Below, piece after piece: positions 13,768 through 26,996 of a stretch of DNA of 64,000 nt. Both the position numbers and the translations under genes were made by a program. Within the stretch, counting starts at the first letter, position 1, and each line of letters opens with the position of its first letter. The notes under the pieces are model-generated. The model had not been told where the DNA came from. It saw only the letters and a program-made list of their open reading frames with translations, and did no database searches. Origin of the DNA: Paramecium tetraurelia (taxonomy: Eukaryota); contig CT868031.1 of assembly GCA_000165425.1 (NCBI GenBank), positions 186,001-250,000 on the forward strand, written 5' to 3'.

Positions 13768-16700
13768 TCAAATCTCAAAATATTTTATTTTGTTGAGTTC
13801 ATTAAAGTTCATCTATAAACAAACCAAATGTGATGAAAGCAAAATGAAAAAGAAAGGGAATAGTTTAAAAAGGTTATATTCAGCACTGGAATTGAAGTTG
13901 AAAAGATCGTAGCATCCAAATATAAATTCAATCAAAGAACTTGCTAAAGCACATAGGTTAAATAAGAGAAACATTTTCCCATAATTTCTCCTGGATTTTA
14001 AAAGCTAATTATATAGAATTGTTTACCCAAGCGGACAGTATAATCAAACTTATGATTTATGCTGCAGGAAATATTACTGATTGAGTAATAAACTCAGCCA
14101 AAAAGATTTAGTCATTCTCCATTTTATAAACAATCAATAATAGAACGGGATAGGCAATTACAAAACACTTGCTAATAACAAAATTAATAATACCCATTAT
14201 ATAGCAAGGACAATGCATATTCCAGCAATTAGGAATTGTTGATTCACCCTGCTGTCTCTATACCTAGTAATTTAACTTAAAAGCCAAGTGAAAAATCGCT
14301 TAACTACATGGATTCCTTTAAGTTTGTATTGCTTCATTCCATCTATTTTAAAACGATTTATTTTGGACTGCATCTTCTTCTTCTCCTATTGGATTTGATT
14401 TCTCAAATCATCCTTATCTTAAGTAATTATGATTTATAATTGCTCATTAATATTGTAGACTAAGTTATTGAATGCTTCTAAATTCACAACTCTATCTTTA
14501 TTATAATTATTAAAAATAATAGACAATTTGATAGTGAACTCTTCTGGTAGATTCTTCATGACATGAATTTATTTTAATAAGAATTCCAGTTCTCTTTGAT
14601 TTGCATTTCCAAGCAGATATGCTTAACTCTAAGCAGACAACTCATTGGCAATAATATGAATACAGATATCAACTTGTATGGCATGATGCAATCTAAAGAC
14701 TTCGTAGTTATACTGATTTGTATAATTGAGGAGATCACTAAATCTTTTTGTGAATGAGGACTAAGATTATCTAAAATCTATTTTGACCGCATAATAGTTA
14801 AATTCAGCAACAAACTTTTCGAAAAGATTGATACTTTCCTCATTAGTGTTGAAACTAAATTACTACCACAATCTCTTGATGAGGGCATCGTGAATGTTGA
14901 TTTAAAATGGATATGGGAATGTTCCATAACCACTCAAGACTAAATAAATGGGTAATTCTAGGGTATTACTCTACTCAACTATTTTCAAAGCTAAATTAAG
15001 TCTATCGATGAAGGCTAAGGTTTTGTCTTTAGAGCATGAGAATTTCAATTTAATTTTATCTCTTTCGGGATCATATTCATTAAAAAGATATTCCTATTAG
15101 ACAAATAACTTGGATAGAGTCTTAAATTTGTGGACTTGTATTAGTTGTAGAATCCATATGTAAAGAGGATAGTAATAAAATTTGAAAAACAGTAAAATAT
15201 ATTTTTCAAAGACAGTAAATAATGCTCTTTAGTTAAATGTTTCAAACAGATTATATAACCTTTTATTATCTCCTTGATTGAGATCACTGTCAACTAGTGT
15301 TTCTTGGTAAATTTGCCATGGATTTTAATAAGTGTTATTTCCTGCCAGATATATTCTGCGTACATGAAAATGAATATCTTAACTTATTAGGTATGTTTTG
15401 TTATTTAACTCAGATAAAGAACTAGTCATTTACTGCAAAGTTGAATCATCATAAGATCCATAAAACTGTCTTGACTTCTACTGATTCTTATCCCTACTGG
15501 CCCAAACAATAGCAATATTAATCAATAGCAACATGATAATTACAAATAGAGCAAATATGACATTCTATCCACCTAACTTTTGAGAGAACTCTGCTAATCC
15601 ACTTAAACATTGATCTTCTTTTGGTGATTTACCATCAGTGCAAATAACTGCGCAAAATGGTGTAATTTCTCCAACATTTAAATATTAAGTTTTATTTTAA
15701 TTATTGATAGTATTAAAACATGGTTAACAGGGAGCCTATCCATACAGCATTTTATAGTAACCTGGAATACATTATTAACAATAATTGCCAAAAGTTCCCT
15801 AGGGACATCCAGTAGGTGTGATGGAACCATGAAATTTAGTAATAATTTAATTAGACATATTAAGAACACTGTTTTATTGATTTGTCAAACCTCCTGGTCT
15901 AGTTTAAATAGTATTGCTGCAACCTTAATTTCTATTAATCATTTCTGATATGTTGAAAAAGAACAGTCTGATTCTTCCTCCTCCTCCAAATCCACCATAG
16001 ACCTGGTATGTCTAATAAAACTTCTGTCTAGCAAATTCGTATGTGTTAAAATCGGCCTCATATTAAGACCCTCCACCATCAGCAGTAACATATCCATTTC
16101 CACTAAAATAGATTATTCTTAGCTAAATAGATCCTCCACTTCCACTCCCAAAAAATGGTTCCTCTATATATGCTGTTCCATTCGAACTTATTATCCCATC
16201 ATTCTATAAATTCAACACCTCCAAATGTATGACTCCTCCTCCCTAACCTTGAACTTCGATTTTTTCAAACCAATCTCCATATGTGACTCCCCCTCCACCA
16301 CTACCTGGGAGTACTGGATTGAATGAATAATCATAAATCTGCTTACTCTGTAGTTGTAAACACAATTGATTGTAATTTGACTTTGGACTTGTTGAGAAGC
16401 CTCCCATTCCACCATGACTTCCCCCAGTACCTCCACATTACTATCTCAATCCTATAATCTTATCAGTGTACCCACAGCCAAATCCCTCATTGGTGGAGTA
16501 TCCCATGCCATCTGTTAAAATCTGACTAGTTTTATCAATTTATAAACTATAAGAATAAAAGCCAACGTAGAAGCCTTTGATTTTGGAATGCTATGTCAAA
16601 TAGGTCTCATTTGAAACTGAAATTAACATGGTGTAATAGGTCAGGTTTTTTAAAGTAAAGTATTTGCATTAGAATTGAGCCAACCATTATTCTTCAATAA

Positions 16701-17289
16701 ATTATGCAGTCAAATTAGTGTAATTCTGAGTGATAAACCCAACAAAGCTAAACAGGTTTTTCACATAAGCTTAGTCAGAACAATTCAGATTATTTAAGCA
16801 CGAACATTATGTTTTGTTCTACATTAGAGATGTAAGTGAGGAATTGTTGATTGTTAAGTAAAATGCACAAATATTCATAGTATTTGACAAGATTTTCGAA
16901 GAGTTTAATGTCATATTCTGGGATGAAAATGATAATTACATGTATCCAAAAAAGCTTATCCTTGAGGATGTAATATTAATTATATTTCCTGATATCACTA
17001 TCTATTAATGTAATATGATATCACAACTATCATTTTACTCTATTCTTGCGTTATTAATAATTAACTAATTGACTTCCAACACTGCTTTATTCACTAATTT
17101 TTATAGGCATATGAACACATTGCAATTCTCTATCTGAATTATATTCAGATTGCTAATCGTGCTATTTAAATGAGATATGAGCAATTAGCAATCTTAATTT
17201 ATCAAACATATATCTGCTTATTGTTAATTACACTCACAATACTAAGCATTAACTTATTGCACAATTAAAATCCATATAAATGATAACAT
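13768..17289 (-). CDS. Large membrane protein: signal peptide, Gly-rich repeats, Cys-rich (GCC2/GCC3-like) module, multiple TM helices
   Basis: Hydrophobic N-terminus; GGTGGSHGGMGG, GSGGGGVTYG, GGGVIHL, SGGGSI, GGFGGGGRI; CPQGTFGNYCQQCIPGYYK...CQPC; a TM helix followed by a C-terminal TM bundle. Confidence 0.75.
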
Positions 17290-17326
17290 TATAAAATAAT
17301 AATAAAAATTGAATTATCAAGAAAAA

Positions 17327-19487
17327 TCACAGTTCCATCATCTTCTCCAAAGTGTTACATTACACTAGCAACATCACCATTAAATCATTTGATTAGATGT
17401 TATTATTGTGAATTGTGCTAGCAGTCTCCTCATATGAACTCACATTCTTCTATCTAATTGATGAAGCCTCACTGTGTAGATTTTCCAGTAAATCTACATT
17501 ATCATTAAACTGACTAGAACTACTGCTTTGAGCAATCAAATGCTGATTCTTCATATTGTTTCCGAACTATTACAGAATGCTCATTTTCTATTGAATGGTG
17601 CTTCTCTTTCCATTTAAGTCCTTCTATAGCATCACAAGAGTCGTGGGAATCCCATCAGTCGGTTGTCTAGACAATATATCACTGGCATAAAGAGTCATCT
17701 ATCCCAAATACAGGGCCTCATCAGTAATCAAAGTCTATTTTATTACTCATAGATTACTATTATTTTGCTCTGCTCTTATTATTATAATAATAATTCATTT
17801 ATTTGCTATTATAGATACTTTGTGTCGCTTTGATCTTGCAATTGGGCGTATTGTGCCTAACACTTCTCCTGTAATTTCAATATTTATTGCTAATAACCTT
17901 TGTATTCACCCTACTATAAATCTACTAAAATACTTCTATTTATTATTGAATTTTCTGCAAAGCTCCATTTTCTTTAACAACTTAATTGAGTTACTCCAAT
18001 TGGTTATTATTTTATTATAATAAATCATAATACTTTGATTCTATCTTCTTACATTGATCGATACTTTCTTTATAATTAAAATTTTCTTTCTATAATTCTT
18101 TATTTTATTAAACAGCCTTCTCCAAATTTTAATTCATCTCATTAAGTATTATATTATCCTTCTAAGAATTATTTTCCAAATCCACTATTATTTAATTTCT
18201 ATATTTCAACTCTTCCTGCACTTACTTCAATAACTAATCATTCTATTATTTTTCTGTTTGCAACTTGAACAGTTTCTCCATTAACTATCTATTGGTTACC
18301 ACTTGCTCATCCAATAGTTTCTTATTCATATCTATTTATTTTTCTAGATCAAAATTAAGATTCTTTTGATTTCTACTATAAGGAGACTTGGATTTTGAAC
18401 TGAATTATGTTAAATTTCTTTCGTCTGCTGTTTGCGTCTTGAAATTAGATTAATTTATAACTGACGTATCATTTGTTACTCTTTGTTGATAATTTACATC
18501 AATTCCACATTTAGCTAATTATTATCCGAATGATGTCGCATTTTGATATTACAGTTAATTGGTGGACATATTTTCTTTGATATTTTTCATTTAATTATTC
18601 AATACTTCAACCTAATTGATCAATGTACTTTAATTGTGTTTAGTCTATAGAACATTAATAATATCTTATATTAATTTTTAAGTATCCACCACCATTTTTT
18701 ATAATTTTAATTAGTTCTAGAAACTTACTTAATCACTCTTCTAGTTGTCTAATTACTCCTTGAGCATTTCAATCTATTATTGATATTAAATTGAATTATC
18801 CGCCATCTTAAATGCATCTTCACTAAAAAGAGTGTTGATTTCTTATACAAGCAAATAGATGAAATATTTCAAGGCTATCAAATCAGTGCATCTATAGAAA
18901 TCAAAACAATCATTATAGTATTCTTAACAAAAACATTTAATCTTTGCCAAGGAAGGAGCACACTCATCTTAATTTTAATCCTTAATCATTTTAAACTTCC
19001 TCAATTTTTTAGTTAACTGCTAGATTCTCACAATACTGTTAGTGTGCAATTTTCCTGAGTATGGACCCAAATTAGAAAATTAACTATGAATTGAATATTT
19101 ATCCTATTAAGCCACTGTATTATCGGTTTTGACATGCACCGGAGATTAATCAATTTTACTAATATTTTCTAGTCGTTTATTAATGATGGTTTCATAATAA
19201 CTCTAAGAATCTACTTTCTAATTTGAGCTGCATTGTTTTTTCTGCCTAACAAAAGGTGATAAAGATGATTCATTTTTTTATGTAGTCGTAGATCGATTCT
19301 CTGGTCTCTCTGCATGTTAACTATTAAGGTTCTTAACTCTCTACTCCAATCCCTAAACTTTCTATTGCAGATAATTTGCACACTATGAAAATTCAGGACA
19401 ATTGCTGATAACAGCCAAAGGTTGTCGTTACACTCTTAAACTCCCTTAACGAGAATGCCCGGAATTCGGAGTCTGATATTGTTTCAT
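17327..19487 (-). CDS. Hypothetical coiled-coil protein
   Basis: MKQYQTPNSGHSRQGSL...; long Q/E/K-rich frame ending ...LEKMMEL*. Confidence 0.7.
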
Positions 19488-19529
19488 ATTTATATTTAAA
19501 TTATTGTTTAACAGCTTTAAATTATCAAT

Positions 19530-20487
19530 AATAAAAAAATATATATTTCCTCAATCCACTTCTACCCCTTTTGCTGAAAAACTAATTCAATTATAATAAT
19601 ACTATTTCTCGATTTTACTGCTTGATCAATTATACTATTTATTTTCGAGAAAATAACAATTGAATCCTTTTTATCTAAACAACATTCACTATATGATTCA
19701 CCCAAAATTTTGATAAACTTAATCATTTTCATTATCTGAATGATTTAAACTATTTATCTCTGTATTTGATTATAAATATTCTTCCCTCTCCTTTTGCATC
19801 GTATTCATTTAAAAAATCAGGACACTATAATTTAAATCCAAGCAATAACCAGATAATTTAGTCACTTGAATGTAATATCTTATTAGTTATAGAAATATGA
19901 TTGAGTTCTTCAGTTTAGTTTTTATATAATATTCTTATTATAGATGACAACACCTGAAATTAAGATCTGGAGAACAAATATATAATTTGAATTCAGTTAG
20001 ATTCACATAAAACTAGCTATTTTAAGGTTGTATATAGAGGTAATCATTATTCTGGGATAACTAGAAACTCATTATATTACATATTCAATGTGTGACTAGA
20101 CCTAATTTATCTTTTTTGGGAATTTATAGGAAATTAATTTAGATCTTAAATCTCAGCAGGGTATCTAAGTACTCTGATTTGATTAATTTCAATTCTAGAA
20201 TTGATTTGGAAATATAATTTTTAAATTATGCGGAGTGCTTATTATAAGTTATTATAAGGTGATTGATTTAATGCGGTATTAGGTATTTTTGGTAGTTATT
20301 TCTAAAATATTGAGAAATCGATTATGTTTGGGGTTTAAATTGAGCCAAAGTAAATTTCCTTTAAGATGTTTAATTTGTATCAGGGGCATTTGCGATAAAT
20401 AAAATTTAAATAATTAAATGAATGCTTCCTTTTTGGAATATGGCTGTGATAATTAATAATTAAATACAAATACTAACAAACCCCCAT
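19530..20487 (-). CDS. Hypothetical protein (exon structure and 3' end uncertain)
   Basis: MGVC start followed by intron-like sequence and long TGA-free stretches; boundaries approximate. Confidence 0.35.
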
Positions 20488-20697
20488 ATTTTAATTTATT
20501 GTTTTATTAATATATAATTGATTTTGTTAATCCTAATTGTCAACTTGTTGACTTTTTGCTTTATTCATTTTAACAACAATCTAAAAATAGATTATATTAA
20601 AATCTAACATGAGTTGAATTTTTAAAAGTATACCATAATAAGGATTTGGTTTAATGGGTTATGAGAATGCGAAGAAAAAGATTAAATTTATTAATTC

Positions 20698-21114
20698 ATG
20701 GGTAATTCTTGCAAACAAAAGAAAGATACTGAATACGAGGACACTTAATAATTGCAAATAATCACTGTAGAAAATGGAATTCAAGGAATAAATACGACAA
20801 TCAAACCAGATAGTCAGCAATTGAAACTAAGCAAGGAATCTCCGTAAGAAGGTGTCCAAATATCGAATATACAGGTGATAATGATCAAGCCAAGAAACGA
20901 GGAAGAGGGAGCCTAAATCTTGAGAGATTTGATATAGTTTGGAAACAAAATTATAGTAATTCCTAAAGTGACAGAAGACAGTCCAAATGTTAGTGCTAAA
21001 TCATTGTCAAAAAAAGGAATATTAAAAAACAAAGGCTTCCAGTTGACTAAACTTTCTCTCCACTCTTGTAACTAGTAGAAAAGGGATAGATTTCTAAGGT
21101 ATGAAAATTAATGA
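20698..21114 (+). CDS. Small hypothetical protein with MGNSC N-terminus (possible myristoylation/palmitoylation)
   Basis: Uninterrupted 138-codon table-6 ORF MGNSCKQKKDTEYED...KKGILKNK...YENQ*. Confidence 0.65.
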
Positions 21115-21614
21115 CAATATTAAATCTTTTATGGGTAAATATTTCAAAGAAAATATTAATTATATTTATATAAATATTGGGTTTCATTATTGAGCAGAAA
21201 TTATTGGCAAATTACTATTAAACTCCAAACCTTAAAAAATGGTTTAATTTCTCAATATCATAAATTTTAATCTGTTGACGTGTGAATTTAATAAATTACA
21301 TTGTTCTTACACATGGCATGAAAATGCATTCAAAGAACAATCAAAATGAGATTATCAATATAATTGTCTTTAAAAATCAAATAATTTTCTGTTATGATGA
21401 AACAAAGCATAATTAAAAATAGAGAATTTTATTAAGAACAGAATATTCTTTCAAAGAGGGTGCTTTGGTATTTTGAGAACATAGATCATAGATATTTAAT
21501 AATAAAAGTTAAAATATTAGGTTGGTTAAAATAAAAAAGATTTCTATAAGCGTTACAATTAGAATAATAATAATTTATATTTATATAAATATCCTTAATA
21601 TATTCTAATAAAAT

Positions 21615-22046
21615 TCAGGAAATGGGTATTTAGTGGCGATGCTTGCCTTTTTTTGGTTTGTTATGAAATCTTTATTAATGATTAAGTAGATTTTTCAATA
21701 CTTTGTAGGTGGTCTAACAGATTGAGCATCCATATGAATTATTTTTGGGATTGAATACAACTCTGCAAGCAGCCTTCCTCTATTCTATCAAGTTTTATTT
21801 AGAAGTTTATATTAAATGTTCATTGGAAATGGTTTCATTTTCTGAGAGTTTGTCATCCTTTTCTGTTTGTTCAGCTTAATCTTCATCTAGATTCAATATA
21901 ATTTCAATGTCATTAATTATTTAATCATCATTTGAATCTTTGGTGTTTTGTTTTTCTGGTTCATCATTCTAAATTTATAGTTGGTTAATTTGCTGGAGTA
22001 ACTTAAGCATCTGTTTCATTTCGATAATATTTGATCTATCTTGCAT
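21615..22046 (-). CDS. C2H2 zinc-finger protein
   Basis: 143-aa ORF with acidic middle and C-terminal YGCSICQTTYKVLKNLLNHQQRFH. Confidence 0.75.
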
Positions 22047-22331
22047 AATGTTCTAATTAATTAACTCTAATAAACTTAATTTTGAAGCTCTTTGTAAGAC
22101 TCAAATTGGTTTGTATAAATCCTTATAATATTTATGATCTTATATTTTGTATATTAATAAGTCAATTAAAATCTAACCCTAAATAAAATAAGAAGGATTG
22201 GGCAGAATTGACCCTCCTTATGTGAAAATAGCAGTAAGTCTAAAAATTAGAATATTTTTTAGAACAATTTATTTTTGTTATTAGAATAAATTACACATTA
22301 AATATGAATCAATAATTCTAAATAAAATTGG

Positions 22332-24791
22332 TCAAAGAACAGTTATGTTTTTTAGTCCTGCTTCTTTTAAGATCTTTTCTGTTGTGAAATTCATAGTGGG
22401 TGGTCCACAAATGAAGTATTTGGTTACAGAATTCAAATCACCTATGGATGATTTAAAGACTTGGGCGTTGAATCTTTGGGTGATAATTTCACATTCTTTT
22501 AATTTAAAGTTTCCTTTGACAACCATCGTGAAATTGGGTATATCCAATTGGGACTACAAGGATAGCAGGCTAAAGTAGATGTCTTTGCCAATCTAAAATA
22601 ATGAATAAGATAAATACCAAATCTTCTGCTGAATTGACAGCTAGAAATAGAGTGATCTTGAAATTCTTAACAACTCCTGTATTGATAATTTGAGCAGCCT
22701 CTAAACCGAATTGTTTCAATAATATTTTATGATAGGTCAATTTAAGTTGATACTCTAGTATATCCAAGAAGGGGAACAATCCAGTGCCACCAGCAATGAA
22801 GACTAGATGATTACCATTTTCAATAGTAATATTATTTCCATAGGGTCCTTCTATTTGATACTGTCCATTTCTATTGTCCTCATGAATAAAGGATGATAAT
22901 CCACTTTTTGTTTGATACCTCTTAATGATCAAAGGTAATTCAGAACAATACTCTTCTTCCTTTGGAATTTCCTTTTGTATGCTTTACAAAGAGAGTATTT
23001 TTTTGAAGAGATCGGACAGATCCTTTCTAAATTTGGTCCTTTGATAAGTCATACTCAACACCATAGTATATTGTCTAGTTGAAATTTCATCATCCTCAAT
23101 AGATTTAATAACGAAGTATTAACCGAAAGTTTGGAGACCGGGTAAAGTGTTTTTGAATTGATACTTTTCATTTATAAATCCAAAGTAAGCAATTTAATCA
23201 GTGTAAGGACAGATGGTATTCAACTTCCAGGTCTCTCTTAATTATTTGACTACTCTGTGATTGGCAGTATTGACAAAGAATTCTAGATCTGAATTGACAT
23301 AGATTCCAGTAGTATATTATTCTAATATTTTGAGAGTGTAAATGCTGTGTTTGTGTGTTTTGATTTTGAGTGAGTCAAGAGTATAGGCTCCTAGAATGTA
23401 CCTAGTAACATCTTGGCCTTGAATGAGTTTCCAAATGTAATTGCCACCAGGATGGATCATCTATGATAGATCAACCACTTGGTTTTTATAGATACACCAC
23501 AACTTTGAGGAATTCTTTTCGAAATTGTCATCTGAGTTACTATTGTTGATTTCCAACAAGGGATTATAACCATCATCATAAACCTTACTGGAATTCGAGT
23601 CTTTCCCAGTCATTATCACATTAACCAAACTACCTTTTTGATACAAGATCTCCAAAATGAGACGAGTAGTAAAAACAGCTCCCAAGATCAACATGAGTCT
23701 AACATCGTTATCCATGAAGAGTCCTGCTATGATCTGTAATTTCCCCAGTGTGTATACAACACTGCCCATAATAGCGTGAATTGAAGGTTTGACTGACACT
23801 TGCTGATTAACCTTTAAAGAACTTAACATATAATTGTAGATTATGCCTCCAATACTTTGTGCAATCATTAATATAGCTACCAACATAAATATGATGATAT
23901 GGAATTTATTTTTAATAGATTGTTCCTTAAAATTGATCCATTCCAAAACAGTCCAATCTGTACTCAACATCATCAGAGCAGTGGTGATTGAACTTGTCAC
24001 TATTAGGATGAACAAGAATCCATGGAGATATGTACGATATCCCCAAGTCTTGTAATATCTACCCACTATTATAGCAACATCACTGGCAATGCCCCAACAG
24101 ACAAAGTTCGTCCATTTATGAAAGTAATAGGTGTTGTCTCCATCCACTATAATGACATCGTTGCTTCCTCCATCATCAGTGAAATTCAGTACCACTGATC
24201 CTCTATTTACATTCCCATGATTCGATACTGTTTAATTGGCCTCCGTCTTGCCATGAGCCCATATAAAATCCACTGCTTCTCCCTCCACTAAGTCCTTATC
24301 ATGTTGATCACCTAGGTCGTGTAAAAGCAATTTCAATACCTGTTGATACTAATCTCTTGAATTTTACACCGGATTTCCCATCCTTATTGTAGTAGTAGCC
24401 CAGAAGTTTCAAATCCTCAGTTCCTCCAGAGGAGAGATCAGTTGGAGGTCTGCCGTGTTTCACACAATAAGGAGTCATTTAACAGTTATCACGTTCTCAT
24501 AAACCTCGAATACCCACAAATCTGCATCTGACATAGACTTTCCCAGTCCCAATGAAAAATAGCTAATCTTGTCTATTTCGATGAACATTATCACTTCCTT
24601 CTTATCTTCACTGAATTCGAAGTAAAAATCGAAATGAGTATCTACATTTATTATCAACAAACTAAATTACCGCTATCTGAAATCTTGGCATGAGTTCTTG
24701 GCTTTGTAATATCGTTACTCGGATCCTGCAAATAAAATTTGTTAGTGCAGAGTATCACTTCGATCAGGCCTAGAATGAAAAGGTTTATCAT
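22332..24791 (-). CDS. DOMON + cytochrome b561 + cytochrome b5 + FAD/NAD(P)H reductase fusion (apparent frameshift at about 24468-24483)
   Basis: Signal peptide. DOMON: YFSLGLGKSMSDAD, FKRL, FIWAHG, NHG. Four b561 His: YFH, YLH, KFH, SIH. b5: HPGG. Reductase: RQYT, GPYG, IAGGTGLFPF, ICGPP. Confidence 0.88.
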
Positions 24792-24959
24792 CTTAAATTA
24801 AAAAGTGGGAACAACAAATATGCATCTTTTTAAATGATATTCGATGATGTAATTTATTACATTTATTTGAAATTGTATAATTTTATATTTTATATAATTG
24901 TTTATAATTGTTATATACGATTAATTAAAACTAAATTAATATTGTACATTAATAAATTT

Positions 24960-25925
24960 ATGTATTAGAAGATTAAAAAAAATAAATAAAACCCAATCTA
25001 ATACTAAAATCTAAATCCCTTCAAGGAAGCAGAGAAGAAATACAAATTCTATGCTGGACTCCAAACCGATTTTAGCGAACTCATCGATGTCAACAATCTA
25101 AATGAACAATAAATGGAACAACAAGGAATCCATAAGAATGGCTCAGTCTATCAATTTGATTACCCTCAAGGAGTCATCCAAGTCAAGGGTTTTCTCAACC
25201 TCGACGATCAAATTCGCATTTCTAAATTGTGCATGAATGAGTACATCAATCAACCCTACAGAACCAATCTGTTCATCTACAAGGAAGACGAGAACTTCGA
25301 TAAGTTCATAGTCCACGATGATAAGAGATATCACTTTAATAATAAAATAAGATGGGCAAATGTTGGCTATCAATACGATTGGAACAACAGGTATTACAAT
25401 AATATTATGCAATGTAGACAATATCCACAAGAAAAGACTCAAGTGCCTGATCCAATCTAAGAGATATCTCAAAGAGCTAACAACTTCTTATAATTGTAAA
25501 ATCAATACCAGAGTGAATCAGTCATTATCAACTTTTACTAATCTCACGATTACATGACAGGCCATCTGGATGATGCAGAACTAGATTAAGATTCACCTAT
25601 CTACTCCTTTAGTTTTGGATTGTCAAGTGTTTTTGTTATCGGGGGACCAACAAAGGATGAAAAACCAATTGCCATCAAACTTGATTCTGGAGACCTATTA
25701 GTTATGAGTGGCCATGCTAGGAAATGCTATCATGGAGTCCCCAGGGTTCTTGCAGACTCATTCAATCCCAAATAGTATTGTCTCATTAAACATATTAGAA
25801 ATCCATTTCAGTAATAATAGCTTGATGGCAATGTTAATGCTGATTTTCATGTTTTCAATTACTTATCAGAACATAGAATTAATATAAACACAAGATAAGT
25901 ATACAAGCCACAATTAGAACAATGA
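24960..25925 (+). CDS. ALKBH1: AlkB-family 2OG-Fe(II) dioxygenase, ALKBH1-like
   Basis: IRWANVGYQYDW, IINFY...GHLDDAE, IYSFSFG, LDSGDLLVMSG, CYHGVPRV, RININTRQV. Confidence 0.85.
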
Positions 25926-26088
25926 AGTATTGTCTATTAAATATGTATATAAAATGCATCCTCATTAATATTATATTTAAACAACAACAACTGTTTTAAA
26001 ACAATTGGTTTTTAGGATAAATTACTAGAAAATCTTATGTTATGATATTTAATATTAATTTATCAATTATAATTATACTCTTAATTAA

Positions 26089-26962
26089 ATGACTGATTAT
26101 TTAAAAGCAGTAATTGAAACCTAATTAATTGGTGCATTCAGAGTGGCAGTAACATTACCCCTGGAGCATGTGTTAGACAGGATAAAGACATATAAATAGT
26201 CCAGATAGGGGATCACTTACTTATAAGTATGGGATTAAATTTGTATTAAAGAGTTTTAAAGATATCAAGGGAGCACGTGGATACATAGGGTTGTATGATG
26301 GATTCTATCCGAATTTCCTTAGATCGATGTTCAAGTAATATTATCGATGGCCAATGATGATCTTCATTCCTTCATTCCTGAAAAACTACATTCACGATTA
26401 ATCATTGAATAAGATCCTAACTGGAGCTTCGATAGGGTTATTTGAGAGTTGCATAATAACACCATTCGAACGATTGAAAATACTCAAAATGACAAACATG
26501 GCAGTAGGATTTGGATATTTGAAGTACATCACATTTGACTAAATTTATGTTGGTTTCAGAATATTAACATCTCGGCAGATAGTTTCCTGGACAAACTACC
26601 TCTATTGGGATCATAAGATTCGTTATGCATTGAAAACAGATGCAAGTTAAAAATTGAGTATTTGGAATGTTTTAGTAGCATCAACTTTGACCAGTGTGTT
26701 GAACATAATGGCAGGTAACTCATAGTAAGTATAATTAGTGCATCCATTTGATACAATCAAGACCCTGGTGCAGATGGAAGGCAATTAGATTTACAGTAAG
26801 ATATCGGTTATTGAGAGTTTCAAGTTGGTGTTTAACAAATACGGGCTATCTGGGTTATATGCTGGTTGGTAAGCCAGAATGATAGGGTACTTTTGTTAAG
26901 CTACCTTAACAACACCGACAATAGATTATTTGGAAAGGAATTATGGGATTGCAAAATAATGA
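26089..26962 (+). CDS. Mitochondrial carrier (SLC25) family protein
   Basis: Three repeats (HVLDRIK, PFERLK, PFDTIK) plus GLYDG and GLYAG motifs. Confidence 0.88.
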
Positions 26963-26996
26963 TTGATTATCTCATTGGGATGTAAATAATTACTCA

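Noticed and set aside
24792..24959. Functional iron-related link between the divergent DOMON reductase and ALKBH1 genes
   Set aside because: Adjacency alone in such a dense genome gives no support.
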